Origin: Candidatus Woesearchaeota archaeon
GTDB taxonomy: Archaea > Nanobdellota > Nanobdellia > SCGC-AAA011-G17 > UBA489
DNA length: 64,000 nucleotides
Direction of reading: 5' to 3'
NCBI GenBank assembly: GCA_018655015.1
Contig: JABIKK010000011.1
Location: 111,736 to 175,735 of the forward strand
Part shown: positions 34,055-43,603 of the stretch, piece by piece
How the letters are laid out: each line of letters begins with the position of its first letter
How positions within the stretch are numbered: position 1 is the first letter of the stretch
Made by a program: the position numbers and the translations under genes
The notes under the pieces: model-generated
What the model was told of the DNA's origin: nothing
The model's input: the letters and a program-made list of their open reading frames with translations, nothing else
Database searches by the model: none

Positions 34055-35631
34055 TTGTTTTCTTTTGGAGATTCTAGTTTTTGTTTGAGCAATTTCTGTA
34101 TTTCAAGTGAATCTTTTTCAGACAATTCTAGTATTTCTTTTAATGCTTCCCCCATGTGAGGAATGTATTTTACAATGTATGATTTCTTTCTTTCTACCTC
34201 TGCTGCTTTCTTTTTTCTTCTTAGATAAACTCCCAATTTTCTTCCACATTCTTGGAGTGCTAACTTAATTTCTTTTACGATTTCTGGGTAGTGTGCTATT
34301 GCTTCCTTTGATTCTGAAGTGAATGGTACCCATACCGAAGCTATGTGTATCATTGCAACCATCGGTGCTGTTGGAAGAGCCCCTCTTGATTGTGATAGCC
34401 CATAGTTTTTCCATGCTGTTTGTTGTGCGGATTTGAATATTGCGCATGCAGATTGCATGTATTGAAGAGGTACACGGTTAGCAAACCTCATTAGTTTGAT
34501 TAATTCGTCTCCTTTTAGATCTCCCCCGTATGCAAATGCACATTCTATTTGGAAAGGCATTCCTCTGTAAACTGTCGGTGGTCTTGTAGTTGCACTGTAG
34601 AATTCAGCATTGATTTCTTTTTTTAATCCTCTAATTAAAACATCTTCTCCAATTGGAGACAAACAATTTGTTGGCGGTGCCATTATTTTTGTTTTACTTA
34701 TTGAATGAAATAATGCATCTGCCTGTTGATGATCTATTTTCTTTGGCTTTGTGTTTAAGGGTATACTTGCTTTGTCGCAAATTTCTTTTGCTGTTTTTGC
34801 AGATACTCTTGAAAATGAAGTGGTGAAAAAGTTTAGAAGCGTTTTTGAAGGAGTAATCTTTAACATCCTAATCAATACCCCCAATTCAATACCGTATGGG
34901 TGTGGTTTGATTTCTTTTGGTTCTTTAGGAAGTTCGGATGTTCCTTTTTTGTATTTTACCACCTTGTTATCTGGTGGAATGTAAGTTATTGTTGCATGAG
35001 GATTTGAGATAGCTGTTTGTTTTATGTATTCATCAACACTTAATCTTCCTTTTTGATATTTTCCTTCAAGATCAATTTCAACTTTTATTCCATGATCTTT
35101 ATTGGTCCATTCTATTTCTTTTTCCTGTACAATTTCTGGTTCATTATGGTTAACGTCAATGTGAAGCTCATAGAAATGTGCAGGTTTTTTTGGATCAATT
35201 TTAGAAGTTATTTTAGACGATTTTCCAGTTGTTAGCTGACCATAGAGTACGGAAGCTGAAACGCCAATTCCTTGCTGCCCCCTGGACTGCCTCATTTTTG
35301 AGAATTTAGAACCGTATAATAGTTTTGCAAAAACCTTTGGAATCTGTTCTTTTACTATTCCAGGGCCATTGTCTTCTACAATAACTGTAAATCTTTTATC
35401 GCCCTTTTGTTTAATTTGAATAATTAATTCTGGCAGAATGTTAATTTCTTGACAGGCGTCTAGTGAGTTGTCAACTAATTCTTTTATTGTTGTGGATAGT
35501 GCCTTTATGGGATTGTCAAAACCAAGTAAGTGTCTGTTACGTTCAAAGAATTGTGATACTGAGATTGCTTTTTGTTCTTGAGCTAATCTTTCTGCATGGT
35601 TTTTGTGTTTGGAAGATTTTTTTGTTGCCAT
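34051..35631 (-). CDS. top6B: DNA topoisomerase VI subunit B (GHKL ATPase)
   Basis: Bergerat fold ELVDNSLDA...EDNGPGI and an H2TH/transducer region. Confidence 0.9.
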   Translation of the reverse strand: MATKKSSKHKNHAERLAQEQKAISVSQFFERNRHLLGFDNPIKALSTTIKELVDNSLDACQEINILPELIIQIKQKGDKRFTVIVEDNGPGIVKEQIPKVFAKLLYGSKFSKMRQSRGQQGIGVSASVLYGQLTTGKSSKITSKIDPKKPAHFYELHIDVNHNEPEIVQEKEIEWTNKDHGIKVEIDLEGKYQKGRLSVDEYIKQTAISNPHATITYIPPDNKVVKYKKGTSELPKEPKEIKPHPYGIELGVLIRMLKITPSKTLLNFFTTSFSRVSAKTAKEICDKASIPLNTKPKKIDHQQADALFHSISKTKIMAPPTNCLSPIGEDVLIRGLKKEINAEFYSATTRPPTVYRGMPFQIECAFAYGGDLKGDELIKLMRFANRVPLQYMQSACAIFKSAQQTAWKNYGLSQSRGALPTAPMVAMIHIASVWVPFTSESKEAIAHYPEIVKEIKLALQECGRKLGVYLRRKKKAAEVERKKSYIVKYIPHMGEALKEILELSEKDSLEIQKLLKQKLESPKENK

Positions 35632-35674
35632 CCGAATCTCTTTTTTTAAAACTATTTATAAAGATTGTTGTGAT

Positions 35675-36214
35675 TTACATTAATTCGCCCTTTTTCTGAA
35701 GCTCTATGTACTTGTAAACATTTCCGTGAGGTGCGCCCTTTAGTAATTTCTCTACTGCGCGTTGTGCTAATGAGATGTCTTCTATTTTACCAATAAGTGC
35801 AACTGTGTTCCCATAAACTGAAACTAGAACGTTTGTTAATTTTTCTAACATAATTCTTGCCTTACCATTAGTTCCAATTATACGTGATCTGAGTCTTATA
35901 ATATCTTTTTCATTTCTAGAAAAATCTTTTATCTTAACTAATTCAAATGTAAATTTCTCATCTAGAAGCATTAAGGCTACTTCGGGGTTGAATCCTCTAC
36001 CTACAGCAGTTATTATTGGGACTGCATTAAAACAATTTATATTTTCTTCTGAAGAAATAAGAACATTTCCTTCTTTAGACACTTGAATTTTTGTTTTGGT
36101 TTTCCTAGCAAGTAGTCTTTTAGTTTCGCCCTTTTTACCAATTAAAACAGCTACCCGTTTTTGAGGTATCTTCAATTCTTGAGAAAACATCTTAGAACTC
36201 TTCGAATTCCTCAA
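35675..36214 (-). CDS. KH-domain RNA-binding protein (aDim2/Pno1-like)
   Basis: Two KH-like units (VLIGKKGETKRLL and IIGTNGKARIML). It overlaps the aIF-1A gene end. Confidence 0.7.
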   Translation of the reverse strand: MRNSKSSKMFSQELKIPQKRVAVLIGKKGETKRLLARKTKTKIQVSKEGNVLISSEENINCFNAVPIITAVGRGFNPEVALMLLDEKFTFELVKIKDFSRNEKDIIRLRSRIIGTNGKARIMLEKLTNVLVSVYGNTVALIGKIEDISLAQRAVEKLLKGAPHGNVYKYIELQKKGELM

Positions 36215-36566
36215 TTTGCTTGAGAATTCCTCTCTTTTTCAACCATTGTACTTGGTTAGGTCGATATTTGTAAACTAAATCTCCTCTTTCATCTCCACCT
36301 AGCTCCCAAGGCTCAACAATTACAACATCTCCTTCTCGAACCCAAAGTCTCCTTTTCATCCTTCCTGGGACTCTACATAGCCTAGTTTTTCCATCTAGAC
36401 ATTTAACTCTCATTTTAGACCCACCTAATCTTTGATCAATAGTCCCCATTACTTCTCTGCCCCTTGGAGTTCTAACTCTAAGTACTTCTTCAGGAGGCGG
36501 ACCTGTTTTGTTTTTACTTGATTTGTTTTTGAACTGTTTTTTGAACGTCCTTTTTTTTGGAGGCAT
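36192..36566 (-). CDS. eif1a: Translation initiation factor aIF-1A
   Basis: VLRVRTPRGREVMGTIDQRLGGSKMRVKCLDGKTRLCRVPGRMKRRLWVREGDVVIVEPW matches the S1-like eIF1A OB fold. Confidence 0.85.
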   Translation of the reverse strand: MPPKKRTFKKQFKNKSSKNKTGPPPEEVLRVRTPRGREVMGTIDQRLGGSKMRVKCLDGKTRLCRVPGRMKRRLWVREGDVVIVEPWELGGDERGDLVYKYRPNQVQWLKKRGILKQIEEFEEF

Positions 36567-36604
36567 ATAGGCATACCCCTCATTGCTGTTTATAAAGTTT
36601 GGGA

Positions 36605-38977
36605 CTAAAGGGGCGGTTTCTTTACTCTAATGAGAGAATGAACCTTGAAAACTACAAATATGAGTAATAGGATTAAGAGAATATTAACGGCAGCTATTGA
36701 AGGTTTAGTGTCCATACCGCACTTGCTTTCTTCGCATTTATTTGATAGGCATTCTGTAGATAAGCTACAAGTTTCTCCGTTTTTCTTTTGAGATACTAAG
36801 TTGCTAGGTGAACTGCAATATTTCTTTTCTATTATTTCTCCCACCTTCAAACAAATAGTTTTTTCTTCACTGTCTGTGAAAAGGCATCCGAATGGACATT
36901 GTGAAGATTCTACAGGCGTAGTAGTTGTAGTTTCTTTTGTTTCATTTTGTTCTTGTTCGCATGAGTTACATGAACCGCCACAGTCTAATCCAGTTTCATC
37001 ACCATCTTGCACGCCGTTGTTACATGTTAATGCTTCACATGAATCACATGAACCTCCGCAATCTAATCCAGTTTCATCACCGTTTTGTAATCCATCTGAG
37101 CAAGTAGTTGTTATTTCTTCTTTTGATGAAGATTTTGAAGAAGTTTGGAGTAATTCAATATTAATATCTGCAAATCTTTGTTCCAAAGGATAGTTAATTA
37201 CTAAATTTCCTTCGTTACTACTACTGACAACATCGCTTAAGACATATTCTGCTCCGTAATCAGACATACCAGAATAAGTATCATCAACGCCACTCATAGC
37301 TATGTTTGAAAATCCTGCCGTTGGAATTCCTGCAGTTGTTCCTCCAGTTAGTTGGAATGTAACGGTTTCATCTGAAGTTGCTTCCTCAAATGAAGATGCT
37401 TTCGTGGTTACTTGTATACTATAAGTTGTTCCGGGAGTGTTTGATGTTCCGGGATCAATTATTCCTCCACCATTAATTATTATATCTACTGAGTCGGCCT
37501 CAATAGTTCCATCTTTATCTAAATCTACTGATAAATTATTTCCGGTGGAATCTTCAATGTAGAAATTGAATTGGTTTCCGCCTACATCAATTGTTCCTTC
37601 TCCAAGAGTTCCCTCGGTTGTTGATGCAGTATAGGTGGATGTTAATTGGACGATTCCACTTTCTAACATTTCATTGAGAGTGATCTTATTATTGTTTGTA
37701 TCTATGGAGTTATATTGTAAGACGAATGTTTTATCATTTTTTGATGATCCTGTTGAAAGAAAAAAGTAATCATCTGTAGAAATACTGAATGTTGATGAGC
37801 TAGCGCTTTCCTTGATATGTGTATCGTCCGTTCCGTCTCCTAAACTTCCGGACTCATAATAAAACGGAACACTATAGGTTTTTTTGTTTTGGTTTTCAAA
37901 AACTAAGTTGTAAGTTTCCTTGTTTGTAGTTGCAAATTCAACTGTTGTTTCTGTTACAGTTTTAAACCCATGATAGAGGATGTCCCAATTGCCTAAGAGG
38001 GCTTCAGCATTACTCATTTCGAGAGATAATTTTGATCCTTGTGGGATGTAGATTTTTGAAGGGTTTGTTCCCCGATACTTAATGTTTGTAAGTTTAAAGA
38101 CGTCTGAAAGGTATGTCCCTTTAATCAAAACAAAACCTTCTTGAATATTTGATCCATCAATTGATAATCCTTGTTCAAATGTATCATCATTGTAAGAATC
38201 TTCTAGTTCTATGGTTTTTGCACCTATGTAAATATTTGCTAAATCTTTTGCTATACCATCGGAGGTTACAATGTCTCTTACTCCGATAACTGTGTTGTCA
38301 GCTAGTTGGAGATATTCATCTTCTTCTAATTTGCCTATATCTTCCCCATTAACAGTCATTATTATTGTTTGTGGGGATGATGAAATTGATGAAACCATAA
38401 CTTCGTATTTGTTTGAACCAAGAGTATAGATTTTTGAGTCCCCTTCGAATACCGTGTCCGATATTGAACTTGTTGCGAGTAAAAGTGTTACTTTTGAAAG
38501 CCCTGTGTCTATGTTTGAGTCTATTATTACATACTCATCTGCAAAGAGTTTAATCTTTACATCTTCTATATCTTCTAAATTGTTTGAAGTAGACTTTGTA
38601 CTTTCTAATCCCTTATCGAAAACAGCCTCGTATTCGAAGAACGCTTCTGTTGTAGAAGTTCCTCCTAAAATTTCAATGAAAGATCCTAAATCCCCATTAT
38701 CAGATTTTAGATATCTTACTTTAGGGGCTTGGATTGTATCCACCGAATTGCCAAAATGAATATACTGGTGTTGGGTTGCTGATCCAGAGTCGGTTGTTAT
38801 TGTAAAAGATTCTAGTAGGGGCATTTCTGCTGAAGTTATTATTGGAAGGATATCTCCAAAGCTTTCTTCAATCTCTACTTTGTCTCCTGAGCCCCCATAG
38901 TCGAATTTTTCTGCTAAAACTAAGATTGAGCTAATTAGGACTAATACTATTAAAATTATACATCTAGATATGCGCAT
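36605..38977 (-). CDS. Large surface-anchored protein (790 aa): signal peptide, Thr/Ser-rich extracellular region, duplicated Cys module, C-terminal TM anchor
   Basis: N-terminus MRISRCIILIVLVLISSILVLA. Two copies of a CxxGxQxGDETGLDCGGSCxSC module. C-terminus ...SIAAVNILLILLLIFVVFKVHSLIRVKKPPL. Confidence 0.5.
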   Translation of the reverse strand: MRISRCIILIVLVLISSILVLAEKFDYGGSGDKVEIEESFGDILPIITSAEMPLLESFTITTDSGSATQHQYIHFGNSVDTIQAPKVRYLKSDNGDLGSFIEILGGTSTTEAFFEYEAVFDKGLESTKSTSNNLEDIEDVKIKLFADEYVIIDSNIDTGLSKVTLLLATSSISDTVFEGDSKIYTLGSNKYEVMVSSISSSPQTIIMTVNGEDIGKLEEDEYLQLADNTVIGVRDIVTSDGIAKDLANIYIGAKTIELEDSYNDDTFEQGLSIDGSNIQEGFVLIKGTYLSDVFKLTNIKYRGTNPSKIYIPQGSKLSLEMSNAEALLGNWDILYHGFKTVTETTVEFATTNKETYNLVFENQNKKTYSVPFYYESGSLGDGTDDTHIKESASSSTFSISTDDYFFLSTGSSKNDKTFVLQYNSIDTNNNKITLNEMLESGIVQLTSTYTASTTEGTLGEGTIDVGGNQFNFYIEDSTGNNLSVDLDKDGTIEADSVDIIINGGGIIDPGTSNTPGTTYSIQVTTKASSFEEATSDETVTFQLTGGTTAGIPTAGFSNIAMSGVDDTYSGMSDYGAEYVLSDVVSSSNEGNLVINYPLEQRFADINIELLQTSSKSSSKEEITTTCSDGLQNGDETGLDCGGSCDSCEALTCNNGVQDGDETGLDCGGSCNSCEQEQNETKETTTTTPVESSQCPFGCLFTDSEEKTICLKVGEIIEKKYCSSPSNLVSQKKNGETCSLSTECLSNKCEESKCGMDTKPSIAAVNILLILLLIFVVFKVHSLIRVKKPPL
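36960..37093. repeat. Two diverged 78-nt direct repeats encoding the duplicated Cys module
   Basis: catgagttacatgaaccgccacagtctaatccagtttcatcacc versus catgaatcacatgaacctccgcaatctaatccagtttcatcacc. Confidence 0.55.
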
Positions 38978-38989
38978 TGTTTCCCTCTT

Positions 38990-39346
38990 TTAATTAAGTC
39001 TAAATAAGACTGTAACCCTATAAATATTTTTGCTTGCCTGTCTGTTCCTTGAAAATAGTGTTTTTGTGACTACTAATTTCCCTCCTTTGAATTTCATTTT
39101 TAATTTTTTACCTAATGAAGTGGCAAATCTTCTTGATGAAACGTAAATATCTACGCCAGTTTTTATTTGGGCAGTCTTAGAGATTCTCACCCTACCACTA
39201 TTGTCTATTTGGTCAATTACGAATCTAATTAATGATTCATCAAAAGGCCTTAATTGTATTTTGGCTTCGTAATACTGTTCGTGTTTATCTCCAGGAGGTT
39301 TGTACTTGTAGGACAAAACTTTACTCGAGCGAGTAGAACTGCGCAT
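38990..39346 (-). CDS. Hypothetical basic protein (118 aa), possibly RNA-binding
   Basis: ORF sits between translation-factor genes. No confident motif. Confidence 0.3.
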   Translation of the reverse strand: MRSSTRSSKVLSYKYKPPGDKHEQYYEAKIQLRPFDESLIRFVIDQIDNSGRVRISKTAQIKTGVDIYVSSRRFATSLGKKLKMKFKGGKLVVTKTLFSRNRQASKNIYRVTVLFRLN

Positions 39347-39617
39347 GTTTTACGCCTCCAATGGTTATTACTATCCCTTCTTGGATTAAACCACTTTTTA
39401 TGCCGCAAGCAACTGCCTCATCACCCGTGAAGTTAGCGTTGGAAGCATCTTTTAGTAACTCTAGTACTTGTTCTTCTTTCAATAAATCCCCTTTGTAGAA
39501 GTCTTCAGAGATGTTTATTTCTTTATCTCCTTCAGAGATTGTTTTTCCAATAAGTCCCTCATCACAAATCGCAATTACCTTTTGGTGTTCTGATTTGTGG
39601 ATTTTGACATACATCAT
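39321..39617 (-). CDS. Small conserved archaeal protein (DUF424-like)
   Basis: Start trimmed to MMYVKIHK, which gives an ATGA overlap with the aIF-2beta stop. Confidence 0.35.
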   Translation of the reverse strand: MMYVKIHKSEHQKVIAICDEGLIGKTISEGDKEINISEDFYKGDLLKEEQVLELLKDASNANFTGDEAVACGIKSGLIQEGIVITIGGVKHAQFYSLE

Positions 39618-40021
39618 ATTTTTGATTTGATTGGGTGTTTTGCTCCACATGCTGTGCATTTTAGAGACATAACCCTATCTTCTTTGATTATTTTTGTGTC
39701 TGGTTTACCGCACTCTTTGCAGATCACAAAGTCCTTGCAATAAAGATCTATTTTTTTGTTAATTAAACCAGAAGGAATTTTTCTACCTAGGACTAATCTT
39801 TGATCCTCTAAAATTGCAGGCGTTGCTAATTCTCTTTGTAAGAATTTTAGTAATTGTTCTTTTGGCCTTCCCAATTTATCTACTATTTGTTGGAAATTTG
39901 TGATTATAGTTTTATTTCCTTGAACATGACCCCTTACTACGGGAATCTCGAACCTGCTACCTGTATCCTGTACATCTGGTAGCTTTTCTTTTGCTTCTTT
40001 GAGTAGTTTTGAATAATCCAT
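39614..40021 (-). CDS. eif2b: Translation initiation factor aIF-2 beta subunit
   Basis: C-terminal zinc ribbon CKECGKPDTKIIKEDRVMSLKCTACGA and a central helical domain. Confidence 0.85.
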   Translation of the reverse strand: MDYSKLLKEAKEKLPDVQDTGSRFEIPVVRGHVQGNKTIITNFQQIVDKLGRPKEQLLKFLQRELATPAILEDQRLVLGRKIPSGLINKKIDLYCKDFVICKECGKPDTKIIKEDRVMSLKCTACGAKHPIKSKI

Positions 40022-40058
40022 AGAATGGACTTAGAAATACGCTTTTTAATGGTTTTGG

Positions 40059-40775
40059 CTAGATTGCTTTGTAATGACCTGGCTTATTTTCATATATTTC
40101 GCCTTCAGTTAAGAGTTCTTTTACCACTGTTTCTGTTGTTGTATCGTCCTTGTTTATTATTCCAGATAGTGCCGATAACTCTACGCCCGATTCATCATTG
40201 GCCATTAAGTGGGTGATTATTTTTTGTCTAAGTTCTTCGTGTGAAGAGTCTTGAGCAATTGGAGCCTCTTTTGTAGATCCATTATTTTGGTTTTGAGCTT
40301 GAACAAATTGGGTTCTTGATGATTGTTCTTCAGCTTCTGGTTTCCCTAAAATGTTTAGAAGTTCTGCTTTTCTTATTAATTCCATGTTAGGATCAGTTAT
40401 TTTTTTTGTTATTTCTGGGGAGATGTATAGTTCTTCTTGATACTCCCTTACCCTTCCCACTACAAGAACTCTGTCTCCTTTGTTGAAATTAAGAAGACTA
40501 TTTGTATCTTCATTAAATGCTTTTATCCTAATTGTTCCGCTACCATCGTCTAAAGTGAATGAAAAATAGTTGCCATCTTCACTTTTGAAAACGTCTACAA
40601 TTGTTGCGAGTATATTTACTCTTGAGATCTTTTTGTTATTTAGTTCTACGCAACTGGGAATAAAACTATCTCCGGTTTTGGAACCTTTTACGAAATTGCC
40701 ATTATTTAAATTAGATATCCATGTTTTGAATGCTACTTGTCTTTGCATTGGTTTATTCTGTTGAAAGCTTTCCAT
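40059..40775 (-). CDS. RPA32-like ssDNA-binding protein (OB fold plus C-terminal winged helix)
   Basis: OB-fold-like core ISRVNILATIVDVFKSEDGNYFSFTLDDGSGTIRIKAF...GDRVLVVGRVREY. The C-terminal ~60 aa are wH-like. It sits directly upstream of mcm. Confidence 0.4.
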   Translation of the reverse strand: MESFQQNKPMQRQVAFKTWISNLNNGNFVKGSKTGDSFIPSCVELNNKKISRVNILATIVDVFKSEDGNYFSFTLDDGSGTIRIKAFNEDTNSLLNFNKGDRVLVVGRVREYQEELYISPEITKKITDPNMELIRKAELLNILGKPEAEEQSSRTQFVQAQNQNNGSTKEAPIAQDSSHEELRQKIITHLMANDESGVELSALSGIINKDDTTTETVVKELLTEGEIYENKPGHYKAI

Positions 40776-40776
40776 T

Positions 40777-42798
40777 TTAGATCTTACTTATGAAACCTCT
40801 TCTTGGCTCATATACTTCTCCTTCCCTTTTAAGTTTTTCAATAATTTCTTCTACTTGTGATTCTGAAATCTTTTTATCCGTTGCTTCAGCCATAATATCT
40901 TCCATTGGAATGGATTTCTTACCTTTTGATTCAAAGAAGCTTAATATTTCTCTGACTATGTGGATTTTGTTTCTTGTTGAAGCTGTAACTCCTGAAGAGA
41001 TTCTATCAATGTCTATTTGTCCTGTTTCTGGATCAAGACCTACCTGCATTAAGCAGTATCTCATTATAGAAATTGATTTTCTTGCGTCACTTCTTGTAAC
41101 TTTTTTTGATAATCTTATTCTAGCCGAACCTTCTGCAAGTCTTACTAATGATTCTAATTGTCTTGCTGAGATTGGAATTGGTTTAACTGCATCTACATCT
41201 CCTACTGTTGTTGAATTTCTTAAATTAACATAAAAATTCTTTATTTCTTCAATTGCTCCAGGAGTTAGGACTGGACGGATTGATTGTTTTGCATGTGCAA
41301 TGTACTTCCTCATTAAACTTAGTTCAATTGGAGGTTCTTTTGATTGAGGGCTATGTTGAAGCTCTAAAACATGTGTTGCGATTAGATTATCTTTTTCTCT
41401 ATTAGGTAAATCTCTTACTGGAAATATTAAATCAAACCTGTTGATTAATGCGGGAGGTAAATCTATTTGTGCTGCAATTGGTTGGTATGGATCAAAACGA
41501 CCAAACTTGGGATTTGCTGCTGCAAGAACTGATGTTTGTGCAGTAAGTGTTGCTTGAATATTTGCTTTACTAATTGTAACTGTTTGTTGTGCCATTGCTT
41601 CGTGCATCGCAGATGTGTCTTCTTCAGACATTTTATCCATCTCATCCAGTAACAAGAAACCGCCACTTGCAAGAACAATTGCTCCTGCCTCTAATGCCCA
41701 ACCACGAATGAATTCATCACGCACTACACTTGCAGTAATTCCTGCGGAAGTTGCTGCACGTCCAACAACATATCTTGCCCTTGGTGCTGCATTTTCTATG
41801 AATTTAATTAATGAGGATTTAGCTGCTCCTGGATCTCCAACAAGTAAGATGTGTATGTCTCCCCTTATCTTTTGTCCATCCCCGGTTTGCTTTTTTACTC
41901 CCCCCATTAGTTGAAGGATTAGTGCCCCTTTGATGTCTTCATGCCCTAAAATTGAAGGTGCAATTGATGAAAGGAACTTTTCATAAATTTTTGGATCCTT
42001 TGAAAGTTGAGCTATGTCTTCCATATCTTCTTCATTAAGAATTATTTCTTCATAAGACTCATCTGAAGGATCTACGTAATTTGTTTCTAAACATAAGTCA
42101 AACCTTGTAGACTGTCCACCTGTTTTAGACTGTATTGGGACTTCTCGAATTAGACCATAAACTGTAACTCTTGAACCTGGAGTTGTTTTTTTCTCCATTT
42201 TAGGTTCTACTAAATCTTCCCTTAAATAAACTGGAAGTCTTTTTGCTTGTTCCCCGCCGTCTAAATTATCAGAAGGTTCTTCCAATACTAATCTTTGAGA
42301 GTCAACTAATGTTTTGTCAATTAATTTGAATTTTCCGACTCTGCCGCATGAACATCTACTCGGTTCTTTGAATTTTTCTTCAATTTGGGGCATTGTAATT
42401 GTATTTCCACATGCAGGACATTCGAATCTTGCTGAAACTACCTGTGGCCTTACATCTGAAGATTGTCTTACAATTCCTTCGAAGCAAATGAATTTGTCTA
42501 TGTGTTCACTTCTGATATTTTTTATTAGTAATTTTTGTGATTCTGGAATGTTGAAGAATCTTACTTTGATGTATTTGTTTGGAATGTCAAATTGTGAAAG
42601 TGCAACTTCTGCTGCCTTGAAAGATTCTTCTGGTTCATTGAGAACTTCTTCAGCAAGAATTGGATCAAACATAGATAGGTTATTGAAATCTACTAAAAGT
42701 GCTCTTGCGCCTTGTTTAACTAAAGAATGTATTTCTTTCTGATAATTTAATTCCAAAAATTCCTGAAACTTTTCAATTTGTTCTTGTGCATTAACCAC
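40777..42798 (-). CDS. mcm: MCM replicative helicase
   Basis: C4 zinc finger (CPACGN...CSCG), Walker A GDPGAAKS, Walker B LLDEMDKM and an arginine finger SRFDL. 673 aa with no intein. Confidence 0.9.
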   Translation of the reverse strand: MVNAQEQIEKFQEFLELNYQKEIHSLVKQGARALLVDFNNLSMFDPILAEEVLNEPEESFKAAEVALSQFDIPNKYIKVRFFNIPESQKLLIKNIRSEHIDKFICFEGIVRQSSDVRPQVVSARFECPACGNTITMPQIEEKFKEPSRCSCGRVGKFKLIDKTLVDSQRLVLEEPSDNLDGGEQAKRLPVYLREDLVEPKMEKKTTPGSRVTVYGLIREVPIQSKTGGQSTRFDLCLETNYVDPSDESYEEIILNEEDMEDIAQLSKDPKIYEKFLSSIAPSILGHEDIKGALILQLMGGVKKQTGDGQKIRGDIHILLVGDPGAAKSSLIKFIENAAPRARYVVGRAATSAGITASVVRDEFIRGWALEAGAIVLASGGFLLLDEMDKMSEEDTSAMHEAMAQQTVTISKANIQATLTAQTSVLAAANPKFGRFDPYQPIAAQIDLPPALINRFDLIFPVRDLPNREKDNLIATHVLELQHSPQSKEPPIELSLMRKYIAHAKQSIRPVLTPGAIEEIKNFYVNLRNSTTVGDVDAVKPIPISARQLESLVRLAEGSARIRLSKKVTRSDARKSISIMRYCLMQVGLDPETGQIDIDRISSGVTASTRNKIHIVREILSFFESKGKKSIPMEDIMAEATDKKISESQVEEIIEKLKREGEVYEPRRGFISKI

Positions 42799-42903
42799 AG
42801 ACTTGCGCCCCCAAAAGTAAGTCTTAATGAGATATGGAGGATATTTAAGGAGTTATAGGTTGCAGTCTATATGTGCGGTAAATAATATATTTTGAAAAAG
42901 TAG

Positions 42904-42922
42904 AATGGGGATTTACCCCATT
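42904..42922 (-). terminator. Hairpin (AATGGGG-ATTTA-CCCCATT) followed by a T5 tract, immediately after the tbp stop
   Basis: Perfect 7-bp inverted repeat. On the minus strand it is followed by CTACTTTTTC. Archaeal terminators are oligo-T dependent. Confidence 0.4.
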
Positions 42923-43505
42923 ATTTCTTTTTCTTTAAAACTTCGATTAGTTCTGTAACAGCTTCTTTTAATTTCTTTTCAGAACGAGTACCTGTACAAA
43001 CTATTTTACCATTGCTGAAAAGCAAGAATGTTGCTCTTGTTCCCGCTAGTTTATAAACTAAACCTGGGAATTGCTCCGGTTCGTATTCTGTATTTTCTAG
43101 TTCCATTGCTAAAGAATTTAGATTTAAATCCATTCCAATGCTTCCAGAACCTACCATGTTCTGAACTTCAATTTTTGGTTGAATTTTGATCTTAACGTTA
43201 ACCTTAGCTAGGTTTTCGATTATTTTGTCAATTGACTCTCTTACTTTAGAGAGAGATCTTGCACCAGTATTAACGATCTTTCCTGAAGAAAAGATAAGTG
43301 CGGAAGTTTTTGGTTCTTTGATTCTCATGATTAACCCAGGGAATTGCTCTGGATTATATTCTGTGTTTGGCAATGTCTCTGCCAACCTGATCAAAGGTAT
43401 GTCCTGCCCAAGGGATGAGGAGCATACTATGTTTACGATTCTGATATCTAGCTTCTTTTTCTTAGAACTTGTTTTTTTTGTTGTTTTTTTTGTTGTTTTT
43501 GGCAT
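42921..43505 (-). CDS. tbp: TATA-box binding protein
   Basis: Two TBP direct repeats (IVNIVCSSSLGQDI... and IGMDLNLNSLAMEL...). N-terminal Lys/Thr-rich extension. Confidence 0.9.
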   Translation of the reverse strand: MPKTTKKTTKKTSSKKKKLDIRIVNIVCSSSLGQDIPLIRLAETLPNTEYNPEQFPGLIMRIKEPKTSALIFSSGKIVNTGARSLSKVRESIDKIIENLAKVNVKIKIQPKIEVQNMVGSGSIGMDLNLNSLAMELENTEYEPEQFPGLVYKLAGTRATFLLFSNGKIVCTGTRSEKKLKEAVTELIEVLKKKK

Positions 43506-43603
43506 TTTATCCCCCGTATTCCAATGCCCTCTTTTTGATTTATATATGGGAGAAGTTGAGTATATAAAGGTATTTAAATGGATATTGTCTCTTTTTAGAG
43601 ACG

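Noticed and set aside
43587-43602. Hairpin GTCTCT-TTTT-AGAGAC immediately after the ileS stop as a terminator
   Set aside because: No T-tract follows it on the transcribed strand. The region also carries tbp promoter-like TATA elements, so the role is ambiguous and it is not listed as a feature.
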